NCBI GenBank assembly: GCA_025928345.1
Contig: JAICJR010000001.1
Location: 727 to 64,726 of the forward strand
Length of the DNA: 64,000 bases
Source: Thermoleophilaceae bacterium
Lineage (GTDB): Bacteria; Actinomycetota; Thermoleophilia; Solirubrobacterales; Thermoleophilaceae
Direction: 5' to 3'
Shown in pieces: positions 54,311 through 62,696 of the stretch; the first letter of the stretch is position 1, and each line of letters starts with the position of its first letter. A model generated the notes under the pieces. It saw only the letters and a program-made list of their open reading frames with translations. It was not told the origin of the DNA and did no database searches. A program made the translations under genes and the position numbers.

Positions 54311-54817
54311 TTGCGCGGGTATAGTGGCCCGCCGGGGACATTTCCGTCCGTCCGTTCTGCCATGCGAGCATTCCTCACACACGTGTTCGAGCGCTACAGG
54401 GCGAAAGCCGACCGCTCGGCGATCGGCACACCGGTGCCCGCCGGGCTCGACCCGGACGAGCCGCGCGGGCCGACTGCGCGCGAGCGCTCGCTGATGCGCC
54501 GGCGGCTGCGGGCGCTCGAGCGGGGCGGCGGCATCGCGGAGCAGGACCCCGAGGCGGAGGCGCTGCGGCGCGCGCTCGCCGAGCGGGAGACGCTGGACGA
54601 GCTGCTGTCCTCAGGTGCGGTGGTGCGCTGCCCGAGCTGCGGCGAGCTTGCCGGCCGTAGCGAGCCTCTGTGCGCGAACTGCGGCGGCCGGCTCGCCTCG
54701 GAGGAGCCGACGGAGCGGCTCACCCCGCCCGTCCAGAACGGTCACGCGGCGGCGCCCACCACCAAGGCCGTCACAGGCGCCAGTAGCGCCCGATCGCCGA
54801 CGCCGCCCGCTCGCTGA
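54311..54817 (+). CDS. hypothetical zinc-ribbon protein
   Basis: It contains VVRCPSCGELAGRSEPLCANCGGRL (CxxC...CxxC). The start is uncertain (TTG 54311 or ATG 54362). The 3' end overlaps the convergent deacetylase gene by 47 nt. Coding status is moderate only. Confidence 0.45.
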   Translation: MRGYSGPPGTFPSVRSAMRAFLTHVFERYRAKADRSAIGTPVPAGLDPDEPRGPTARERSLMRRRLRALERGGGIAEQDPEAEALRRALAERETLDELLSSGAVVRCPSCGELAGRSEPLCANCGGRLASEEPTERLTPPVQNGHAAAPTTKAVTGASSARSPTPPAR

Positions 54818-55799
54818 GCTCGTCGCGCACGACCAGGCGCGGCGGCTCCTCGCCATATGCCAGCGTCTCGAGCGTCGCCACCACGGACGCAGACAGCGCG
54901 CCGAGGTCATAGCCGCCCTCCAGCACGGCGCCCACGGGGACGCCGAGCGCGTCCGCCAGCCCGCGCACATGCGCGGTCAGCTCCGCGTACGACTCGGTCT
55001 CGAGCAGGCAGCTCGCCAGCGGGTCGGCGCGGTGGGCGTCGAAGCCGGCCGACACGAGCACGAGCTCGGGCTCGAACTCGCGCGCGGCGGGCATCACCAC
55101 GTGTTGCACGAGCGATAGCCACTCGCGCTCGCCCGAGCCGGGCGGCACGGGCAGGTTGACGGAGAAGCCCTCGCCCTCGCCGCTCCCCACGTCGGACAGC
55201 GGGCCGGTGCCCGGATAGAGCGGCGACTGGTGCAGGCTCGCGAACAGCACGGCGCTCGTCTCGTGGAAGATCTCGTTCGTGCCGTTGCCGTGATGCACGT
55301 CCCAGTCGAGCACGAATACGCGCGTGAGCCCGTACTGGTCGAGCGCGTGTCGCGCGGCCACCGCGATGTTGTTGAAGAGGCAGAAGCCCATCGCCGCATG
55401 TGTCTCGGCGTGATGGCCGGGCGGGCGCAGCCCGGAGAACGCCACGCGCGCCTCGCCGCCGAGGAGCGCGTCCACCATCGCCACCGCGCCGCCGGCGGCG
55501 TGAAGGGCGGCGGACCACGAGCCGGGTGAGGTGAGCGTGTCCGGATCGAGCGACACGCCGCGCTCGCAGGCCACCCTCACGTGGTCGACGTGCGACTGCG
55601 GGTGCACGCGGAGGATCTGCTCGATCGCGGCCTCGGGCGCGTCGCGGCGCTCATAGCCGAGCCAATCGCGCTCCTCCATCGCGCGCTCGATTGCCGGGAT
55701 GCGCCCCGGCCCCTCCGGATGCGCACCGGTGTCGTGCCCGAGCGACGACTCGTGGCGGAAGTAAAGAGGCGCTGCGATGCGGATACCGTAATCCGCCAC
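54771..55799 (-). CDS. histone deacetylase-family (class II HDAC / AcuC-like) amidohydrolase
   Basis: ...GHDTGAHPEGPGR..., RPPGHHAE, DWDVHHGNGTNEIF and ...LEGGYD... are present. I start at GTG 55799. The track ATG at 55877 would overlap divergent nadB by 77 nt. Confidence 0.83.
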   Translation of the reverse strand: MADYGIRIAAPLYFRHESSLGHDTGAHPEGPGRIPAIERAMEERDWLGYERRDAPEAAIEQILRVHPQSHVDHVRVACERGVSLDPDTLTSPGSWSAALHAAGGAVAMVDALLGGEARVAFSGLRPPGHHAETHAAMGFCLFNNIAVAARHALDQYGLTRVFVLDWDVHHGNGTNEIFHETSAVLFASLHQSPLYPGTGPLSDVGSGEGEGFSVNLPVPPGSGEREWLSLVQHVVMPAAREFEPELVLVSAGFDAHRADPLASCLLETESYAELTAHVRGLADALGVPVGAVLEGGYDLGALSASVVATLETLAYGEEPPRLVVRDELSERAASAIGRYWRL

Positions 55800-55800
55800 C

Positions 55801-57282
55801 GTGACCCGCGACGCGACCTCCGAGCCCCGCCGGGCCGACGTGATCGTGGTCGGCGCGGGCGGCGCGGGCCTGTACACGGCACTCGTGGCGGCGCGGGAGG
55901 GCGCGCGCGTGGCGCTGATCTCGCGCTCCCCCCTCGCCGAGTCGGCGAGCTACTGGGCGCAGGGCGGCATCGCCGCCGCGCTCGCGGGAGACGACTCTCC
56001 GGACCTCCATCTGCAAGACACGCTGGGCGCGGGCCGCGGCGCCTCGAGGGAGTCGGCGGCGCGCGTGCTCTGCGATGAGGCCCCCGCCCGGGTGCGCGAT
56101 CTGGAGGCCCTCGGGGTGCGCTTCGACGCCGACCGCAGCGGCGCGCTCGCCCTCGGCCTCGAGGGCGGCCACTCGCGCCGCCGCGTGGTGCACGCCGGCG
56201 GCAGCGCCACCGGGCGGCGGATCACGCGCGACCTGTCGGCGCTGGCCGCGCAGGACGAGCGTGTGGACGTGCTCGAGCGCACCGCCGCCACCGGTCTGTG
56301 GGTTCACGACGGCCGCTGCATCGGGGTGCTCGCCGAGAACGGGGACGGCCACGAGCTCGCGCTTGCGGCACGCGCCACCGTGCTCGCCACGGGCGGCGCG
56401 GCGGCACTCTGGCGGCGCACCTCCAATCCGCGCGGAGCCACCGGAGTGGGCATGACGCTGGCGCACGCCGCCGGTGCCGATCTTGCCGACATCGAGTTCA
56501 TGCAGTTCCACCCCACCGCGCTCGTCCATCCCGAGGACGAGCACGACGGCTTTCTCATCACCGAGGCGGTGCGCGGCGAGGGAGCGACGCTTGTGACCGA
56601 GGAGGGCGAGCGCTTCGTGGACGAGCTCGCGCCGCGCGACGAGGTGGCGCTCGCTGTGCAGGCACAGCTCCAGGCGGGTCGCACGGTGCTGCTCGACATG
56701 CGCGAGATCGACCTCGCGCGCTTCCCCAACATCGTGTCCGCGCTTGGAGCCGCGGGCATCGACCCGGCGCGCGAGCCGGTCCCCGTGGCCCCGGCGGCGC
56801 ACTACACGATGGGGGGCGTGGCCACCACTCTCGACGGGGCGTCCTCGCTGCCGGGCCTGTACGCGGTGGGCGAATGCGGCTGCACCGGCCTCCACGGCGC
56901 CAACCGGCTCGCCTCGAACTCTCTCGCCGAATGCTTCGTGTTCGGCCACCGCGCCGCGCACGCCGCGCTCGCGGAGCCGGATCCGGGCGCCGTCACGGCC
57001 GCCGCCGCCCCGCCCACCCAGGGACCCTCGCCCGTGCCACCGCCCGCGACGCGCGATGCGTTGTGGCACCACGCGGGCCTCCAGCGCACGCGCGAAGGGC
57101 TCGAGCAATTGCTGGGCGATCCGTTTCCGCTCGCGCGGCTCATCGCGCGCTCGGCGCTCGAGCGTGAGGAGAGCCGAGGCGCTCACCAACGGGGTGACGC
57201 CCCCGTCACCGATCCGGGTCGCGACGGCATGCACCTGACTGTGGACAGCGGTGGCGACGCACGTTGGGCGATTTGGCGCTAA
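55801..57282 (+). CDS. nadB: L-aspartate oxidase
   Basis: DVIVVGAGGAGLYTAL (FAD), SYWAQGGIAAAL, FMQFHPTAL and LYAVGECGCTGLHGANRLASNSL are present. Confidence 0.93.
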   Translation: MTRDATSEPRRADVIVVGAGGAGLYTALVAAREGARVALISRSPLAESASYWAQGGIAAALAGDDSPDLHLQDTLGAGRGASRESAARVLCDEAPARVRDLEALGVRFDADRSGALALGLEGGHSRRRVVHAGGSATGRRITRDLSALAAQDERVDVLERTAATGLWVHDGRCIGVLAENGDGHELALAARATVLATGGAAALWRRTSNPRGATGVGMTLAHAAGADLADIEFMQFHPTALVHPEDEHDGFLITEAVRGEGATLVTEEGERFVDELAPRDEVALAVQAQLQAGRTVLLDMREIDLARFPNIVSALGAAGIDPAREPVPVAPAAHYTMGGVATTLDGASSLPGLYAVGECGCTGLHGANRLASNSLAECFVFGHRAAHAALAEPDPGAVTAAAAPPTQGPSPVPPPATRDALWHHAGLQRTREGLEQLLGDPFPLARLIARSALEREESRGAHQRGDAPVTDPGRDGMHLTVDSGGDARWAIWR

Positions 57283-57442
57283 ATTCCCGTTCGTAAAGCA
57301 ATGCAGTGTTGGCAGGGGTGCCTTAACACCGCGTTAATAATGGGTTCGTTTGGGCTGAATGGCCCGGTGGAATACTCGCTTTGGTGTAAGGGTTGGAGAC
57401 CCAGCACGGCTGCTAACCAAAAGGGGATGGGAGGCCCGCGCC

Positions 57443-57862
57443 ATGTATCAGTTCAGTCGCTCGATCTACCGGGAACTGGCTCCCGAGGTGATCGAGGACG
57501 GCAGGGACGCACACGCCAACAGGATCGCGCTGCTCAAGTCCTGTGAGGCGGCGATGGAACGCCTAGCGACCGATCGGCACTACTTCGCGAAGCCGGCTCG
57601 CACGTTGTTCCGGGATGTCAGGACGTACTTCCCGATGACGAGCCAGCTGCGCGTATACAGGGTGATCGATCGCTACATGGCGTTGGCAGGGGAATACGTG
57701 GATCGGCATATGCAGGAGGGCGTCTCGCTCGACGGCAGTCCGCTGTCGTGTCACGCGAGCACGCGCAAGGGCACGCCGTGCCAACGAGTTCCACTGCCCG
57801 GCAGTAAGTACTGCCCGTCGCACAAGCATCTCGAGGAGGACATCGCGGCCACGGCCGCTTAG
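57443..57862 (+). CDS. hypothetical protein with C-terminal Cys/His cluster
   Basis: I start at ATG 57443, which is preceded by GGGGATGGGAGG. The product MYQFSRSIYRELAPEVIEDGRDAHANRIALLKSCEAAMERL... ends in CHASTRKGTPCQRVPLPGSKYCPSHKH (C-x9-C-x11-C-x2-H). I recognise no family with confidence. Confidence 0.6.
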   Translation: MYQFSRSIYRELAPEVIEDGRDAHANRIALLKSCEAAMERLATDRHYFAKPARTLFRDVRTYFPMTSQLRVYRVIDRYMALAGEYVDRHMQEGVSLDGSPLSCHASTRKGTPCQRVPLPGSKYCPSHKHLEEDIAATAA

Positions 57863-57920
57863 TCCTGGGGTCGCCCGCGAGCCCTCGCAGGGAGGCGAGC
57901 GGCGCAGGGCGAGTTCGAGT

Positions 57921-57961
57921 GGGAGTAGGGGGTAAGGAGTCGGGGGCTCCTTACTCCCTAC
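57921..57961. repeat. TACTCCC-type repeat, locus C: 15-bp hairpin
   Basis: GTAGGGGGTAAGGAG (57925..57939), a 7-nt loop tcggggg and CTCCTTACTCCCTAC (57947..57961) form the hairpin. There is one G·T position. It is preceded by GAGTGGGAGTAGG, the reverse complement of the CCTACTCCCACTC found at loci A and B. Confidence 0.7.
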
Positions 57962-57971
57962 GCTGCTCTGC

Positions 57972-59933
57972 ATGCTGTTGGGCGTCGACGTCGGCGGCAC
58001 CTTTACGGATGCCGCGCTTTTAACGAACGCCGGGCTGGTTACGGCGAAGGCACCGTCCACGCCGTCTGATCAGTCCGAGGGCGTTCTCGCCGCGGTGTCT
58101 GCCGCTTTGGAGGCGGCCGGCGCTTCAGCGTCAGACGTGTCGCGCTTCGCCCACGGCATGACCGTGGGGACGAACGCGCTGCTCGAGGGGAAGGTGGCGC
58201 GCACGGCGCTGCTCGCAACCGAGGGCTTTGTGGATCTCGAGGAGCTCGGCCGCCAGGCCCGCGCGGAGCTCTACCGGCTGTGCGCCGGTCATCCGCCCCC
58301 GCTCGTGCCGCCTTCGCTGCGGGTGCCGGTGCCGGAGCGCACGGGGCCGAATGGTGTGATTCGCGCTCTGGACGAGAGCGTGCTTGCCGAGCGCGTCCGT
58401 GGACTCGATGTGGAGGCGGCCGGGGTCTGTCTGCTCTGGGGTTTCCGTCACCGGGAGCATGAGCAGGCGGTGGCGCGTCTGCTGGAGCGCGAGCTGCCGG
58501 ACGTGCACGTGTCCACGTCTCATGAAACGGCGGGCGTGTTCCGGGAGTACGAGCGCTGCGCCACCACGGTGGTGGATGCCGCGCTGTCGCCTCTCCTGCG
58601 CCGCTATCTCGAGCGGCTCGCCGAGCGGGCGCGCGAAGCCGGGCTGCCGGAGCCTGAGGTGATGCTGTCGAGCGGCGGGGTGGCGAGCGCAGCCATCGCG
58701 GCCCGCCATGGCTCGTGGACGGTGCTGTCAGGCCCGGCGGGCGGCGCCGTGGGTGCCGCGCGGAGCGCCGAGCGCGCCGGCCTGCCGGACGTGGTGTGCC
58801 TCGACATGGGCGGCACCTCGTGCGACGTGTCGGTGGCGTTCGGCGGCCGCGCGGGCGAGACGGGCGGCCGCGAGGTGGGCGGACGCGCGCTCGCGCTGCC
58901 CATGGTGGACGTGCACACGATCGGAGCGGGCGGTGGCAGCGTGGCCTGGCGCGACGCGGGCGGCGCGCTGCGGGTCGGACCGCGCTCCGCGGGCGCCGAT
59001 CCCGGGCCGGCCTGCTACGGCCGCGGCGGCGAGGACCCGACGGTGACGGACGCGAACCTGCTGCTCGGCTACCTCGACTCCGACTCGCCGCTCGCGGGTG
59101 GAGTGGAGCTGGACCTTGCCGCCGCCGAGCGGGCGGTGGCCGGGCTTGGCGATGCGCTCGGGTTGTCCGCGGCGGAAACCGCGGCCGGGATCGTGCGGGT
59201 GGCCGGGTCGGAGATGGCGCGGGCCGTCCGGGTGATGACGGTGGAGCGAGGTATCGACCCGCGTGACCTCGCGCTGCTCGCGTTCGGCGGCGCCGGGCCG
59301 CTGCACGCCTGCGCGATCGCGGACGAGCTCGGGATGCGGCAGGTGGTGGTGCCGCGAGCCTCTGGGGTGCTGTCGGCGCTCGGGCTGATCGTGTCCGAGC
59401 GCCGGAGGGAGCTGGTGGCGAGCGAGCTGCTCGCCGGTGACGCTCTCACGGGCGAAGCCGCCGCTCGCGCCGTCACGCGCCTCGCCCGCCAGGGTCGTGA
59501 GGAGCTCGGCTCGGATGACACCGACGTGCGCGTTCGCTACGACCTTCGCTATTCCGGCCAGGCGTTCGAGATCACCGTGGCCGGCGAGCCGGAGCCGGAC
59601 GTGGACGAGCTGCGGCGTGAGTTCGACCGCGCGCACGAGCAGCGCTACGGCTACTCGGATCCCGACGCCACGCTCGAGCTCGTGACCGTGCGGGTGGCGG
59701 TGGCGCTGCCGGGAGGGGAGCTGGCCGCGGCCGTTGCGGCGGAGGAGCCATCGGCCGCACGCCGTCAGGTGACCTTCGACGGTGAGCAGGTGGAGGCTGA
59801 TGTGCTGCGCGGACGCATCGGCGACGTGCGCGGTCCCGCCGTATGCGAGCTGCCGGAGGCGACGCTCGTGGTGCCGCCCGGCTGGTCGGGCAGCGCGGAC
59901 GAGGACGGCACGATCGTCCTGGAGCGCGGCTGA
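57972..59933 (+). CDS. hydantoinase/oxoprolinase family protein, A subunit type (HyuA)
   Basis: MLLGVDVGGTFTDAALL..., ...DMGGTSCDVS... and ...TIGAGGGSVAW... are present in a 653-aa product. Confidence 0.92.
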   Translation: MLLGVDVGGTFTDAALLTNAGLVTAKAPSTPSDQSEGVLAAVSAALEAAGASASDVSRFAHGMTVGTNALLEGKVARTALLATEGFVDLEELGRQARAELYRLCAGHPPPLVPPSLRVPVPERTGPNGVIRALDESVLAERVRGLDVEAAGVCLLWGFRHREHEQAVARLLERELPDVHVSTSHETAGVFREYERCATTVVDAALSPLLRRYLERLAERAREAGLPEPEVMLSSGGVASAAIAARHGSWTVLSGPAGGAVGAARSAERAGLPDVVCLDMGGTSCDVSVAFGGRAGETGGREVGGRALALPMVDVHTIGAGGGSVAWRDAGGALRVGPRSAGADPGPACYGRGGEDPTVTDANLLLGYLDSDSPLAGGVELDLAAAERAVAGLGDALGLSAAETAAGIVRVAGSEMARAVRVMTVERGIDPRDLALLAFGGAGPLHACAIADELGMRQVVVPRASGVLSALGLIVSERRRELVASELLAGDALTGEAAARAVTRLARQGREELGSDDTDVRVRYDLRYSGQAFEITVAGEPEPDVDELRREFDRAHEQRYGYSDPDATLELVTVRVAVALPGGELAAAVAAEEPSAARRQVTFDGEQVEADVLRGRIGDVRGPAVCELPEATLVVPPGWSGSADEDGTIVLERG

Positions 59934-61432
59934 TGGATCCGGTCACGCTCCAGGTGATGGTGGGCGCGCTGCGGGCGGCCTGCGACGAGATGGGTGTGGT
60001 GCTCGTCCGCTCCGCGCACTCGGCCAACATCAAGGAGCGCCGGGATGCATCCACCGGCCTCTTCGACGCCGACGGCGAGATGGTCATGCAGGCCGAGCAC
60101 ATCCCGGTGCACCTCGGCGCGATGCCGCTGGCGGTGGCCGCGGTGATCGGCGAGGAGCAGCGCCCGGGCGACGCGTGGATCCTCAACGACCCCTACCGCG
60201 GCGGCACCCACCTGCCCGACATCACGCTCGTCTCCCCCATCTTCAGCGGCGGCGAGCTGCTGGGCTTCGCGGCGAGCCGCGCCCATCACGCGGACGTCGG
60301 CGGCAAGCTGCCGGGCAGCATGCCCGCGGACTCGCGCACGCTCGACGAGGAGGGCGTTGTGATCTCGCCCGCCCGGCTGGTGCGCGAGGGCGAGCTCGAC
60401 GAGGAGCTTCTGGCGGACATCTGCGGGCGGATGCGGAACGCCGATCAGCGGCGGGCCGACCTGCGCGCGCAACTCGCCGCTGGGCGCACCGGGGCGGCTC
60501 GCGTGGAGGAGCTGGTGGAGCGCTACGGCCTCGAGACCGTGCGCGAGGCGATGGGCGAGACGCTCGACTACGCGGAGCGCCGCACGCGCGCCCGCATCGC
60601 CGAGCTCGAGGACGGCGTGCGCGAGGCGCGCGATGTGCTCGAGGCGGCGGAGGGTGACCTCGAGCTGTGCCTGCGCGCGGAGGTGCGCGGCGACGAGCTG
60701 CTGCTCGACTACACGAGCTCTGCCCCGCAGCACGACGGCAACCTCAACTGCCCGCTGGCGGTGACGCTGTCGGCCTCTTATTTCGCCGTCCGGGTCCTCA
60801 CCGATCCCGACGTGCCGGCATGCGCCGGCGCCTACCGCCCGGTGAAGGTCGTCGCGCCAGAGGGCTCGCTTCTCAACGCGCAGCCGCCGCACGCCGTGGT
60901 GGCGGGCAACGTGGAGACCTCGTCGCGCGTGGCGGACCTCGTGCTCGCCGCCTTCGGGCGTGCGCTCGGCCAGGGGACGATGAACAACCTCACGCTCGGC
61001 AACGACCGCTTCACCTACTACGAGACGCTTGGCGGCGGCCAGGGCGCATGCCCCGACGCGGACGGTCCGAGCGCGGTGCACGTGGCAATGAGCAACACGC
61101 TCAACACGCCGATCGAGGCGCTCGAGCTCGAATTCCCGCTGCGCGCGGTGGAGTACGCGGTGCGGCGGGGGTCGGGCGGTGACGGCGCGCACCGCGGCGG
61201 GGACGGTGTCGTGCGCGAGCTCGAGGCGCTCGACGAGATGAGCTTCTCGCTGATCACAGAGCGCCGGAGACACGCGCCGCGTGGGGCTGACGGCGGCGGC
61301 TCGGGCGAGCGCGGGCGCAACCTCCTGAACGGCGAGGAGCTCGAGCCGAAGGCCTCCGGCAACCTGCAACCGGGCGACCGCCTCCGCATCGAGACACCCG
61401 GCGGAGGTGGACACGGGCAGCCGTCCGGGTAG
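59933..61432 (+). CDS. hydantoinase B/oxoprolinase family protein (HyuB)
   Basis: I start at ATG 59933 (TGATG overlap with the hyuA stop). The product has MDPVTLQVMVGALRAACDEMGVVLVRSAHSANIKERRDASTGLFD..., ...NDPYRGGTHLPDITLVSP... and ...ETPGGGGHG. Confidence 0.92.
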   Translation: MDPVTLQVMVGALRAACDEMGVVLVRSAHSANIKERRDASTGLFDADGEMVMQAEHIPVHLGAMPLAVAAVIGEEQRPGDAWILNDPYRGGTHLPDITLVSPIFSGGELLGFAASRAHHADVGGKLPGSMPADSRTLDEEGVVISPARLVREGELDEELLADICGRMRNADQRRADLRAQLAAGRTGAARVEELVERYGLETVREAMGETLDYAERRTRARIAELEDGVREARDVLEAAEGDLELCLRAEVRGDELLLDYTSSAPQHDGNLNCPLAVTLSASYFAVRVLTDPDVPACAGAYRPVKVVAPEGSLLNAQPPHAVVAGNVETSSRVADLVLAAFGRALGQGTMNNLTLGNDRFTYYETLGGGQGACPDADGPSAVHVAMSNTLNTPIEALELEFPLRAVEYAVRRGSGGDGAHRGGDGVVRELEALDEMSFSLITERRRHAPRGADGGGSGERGRNLLNGEELEPKASGNLQPGDRLRIETPGGGGHGQPSG

Positions 61433-61442
61433 ATACGCGCTG

Positions 61443-62696
61443 GTGGGGAAGGCGCCGCTCAGAAGAGCCACGCTCGCGGCGATGCTCGTCGCGGGCGTGC
61501 TGCCCGCCGCCGCGGCGGCGCAGACGAGCGACCTCGTGAAGCCGCGATCGTCGGTGGAGATCGTGCTCGACTCGTCGAAGGCGATGGGCCGAACGCGGTT
61601 GGCCGCGGCGCGCAGCGCCATCGTGCAGGCGGTGCACGGACTCCCCAAGGGCACTCCGGTCGGGCTGCGGTTGTATGGCGGTCGGTCGGGCTGCTCGGAC
61701 AGCAGGACGGTGGCGCCCGTGACGGCGGCGGACTCGGCGACCATGCGGTCGGCGCTGGCAAGCGTCAAGCCTGCCGGGGACGCACCTGTGTCGCTCGCGC
61801 TCGCGCGCGCCGCGAAGGACCTGCCGCCGTCTGGGGAGCGCACCATCGTGCTCGTGGCCGGCGGCGCGGACAGCTGTGCGCCGCCTCCCCCGTGCCAGAC
61901 GGTCACGCTCGGCAGCGCCGCGCCACCGGTGCCCGTGGATGCGATCGGTCTCGAGGTGAACGCGGCAGGGCGCCGCGGGCTGCAGTGCGCGGCCCGCGCT
62001 AGCGGAGGCGTGTACCGCGACGCCGCCTCGCCGGCCGCGCTCGGCCCGGAGCTGCAGGCGGCGCTTGCACGTGCGACGCGCGACCGGCGCCCGCTCGGCA
62101 AGCCGATCGCCGGAGGCCTCGAGGAATCGCAGGGAACGCCCGTGGCGCCGGGCGAATACGTCGACACCATCGCGCCGGACACCGAGCGCTGGTACCACGT
62201 CTCCGTTCCGCAGGGTCAGGTTCTCTCTGCGGCGGCGACGCTGGTCGCGCCGCCGGCCGGTGACCTGAGCGCGCCCGGCTCCTCGCTCACCCTCGACGCC
62301 TTCGGGGCCGGCGCGCACGCGGGCACCCTCGCCGGCAACAACGCCACGGCCACCGCCAGCAACCTCTTCGCCTTCGACCCCAGCCGCACCATCACCGTCA
62401 GCGTCTTGGCGCAGCCATCCCAGACAGGCGACAGCGTGCGGGTGGCGCTTCACGATTCCACCGACCAGCAACTGGCCAAGGCACTCGCCGGCCGTTCGCT
62501 GCCGGTGGAGCTTTTGTTCCGGCTGACCCCCGCCGCGACCGCCCGACTCACGTCGCCGCCCGCGGCAAGCACGCAGGCGAACTCTCACGATGCGAGCTGG
62601 GGCGCCGCCATCGCAGGGCTCTTGGCATGCGCCGTGATCGCGTTCGCCGCCGTCGGTTTCAGCCGCCGCCGGGTGAAGAGCGAGGACGCGGCATGA
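61443..62696 (+). CDS. secreted von Willebrand factor A (vWA) domain protein with C-terminal membrane anchor
   Basis: I start at GTG 61443, just after the hyuB stop. A signal peptide (…RRATLAAMLVAGVLPAAAAAQT) is followed by the vWA core VEIVLDSSKAM...VGLRLYGG...APVSLALARAAKDL...IVLVAGGADSC. A C-terminal TM helix plus RRR tail ends the protein. Confidence 0.78.
   Translation: MGKAPLRRATLAAMLVAGVLPAAAAAQTSDLVKPRSSVEIVLDSSKAMGRTRLAAARSAIVQAVHGLPKGTPVGLRLYGGRSGCSDSRTVAPVTAADSATMRSALASVKPAGDAPVSLALARAAKDLPPSGERTIVLVAGGADSCAPPPPCQTVTLGSAAPPVPVDAIGLEVNAAGRRGLQCAARASGGVYRDAASPAALGPELQAALARATRDRRPLGKPIAGGLEESQGTPVAPGEYVDTIAPDTERWYHVSVPQGQVLSAAATLVAPPAGDLSAPGSSLTLDAFGAGAHAGTLAGNNATATASNLFAFDPSRTITVSVLAQPSQTGDSVRVALHDSTDQQLAKALAGRSLPVELLFRLTPAATARLTSPPAASTQANSHDASWGAAIAGLLACAVIAFAAVGFSRRRVKSEDAA

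Noticed and set aside
55875-55877. ATG 55877 as the start of the HDAC-family gene
   Set aside because: It would overlap divergent nadB by 77 nt, and the extra residues (MYRPAPPAPTTITSARRGSEVASR) look like shadow sequence. GTG 55799 is kept provisionally, although it is not proven.
57301-57546. 81-aa plus-strand ORF starting in the low-GC leader (MQCWQGCLNTALIMGSFGLNG...)
   Set aside because: It runs out of frame into the better-supported gene 57443..57862, has no ribosome-binding site, and its second half is Arg/Gly shadow sequence.
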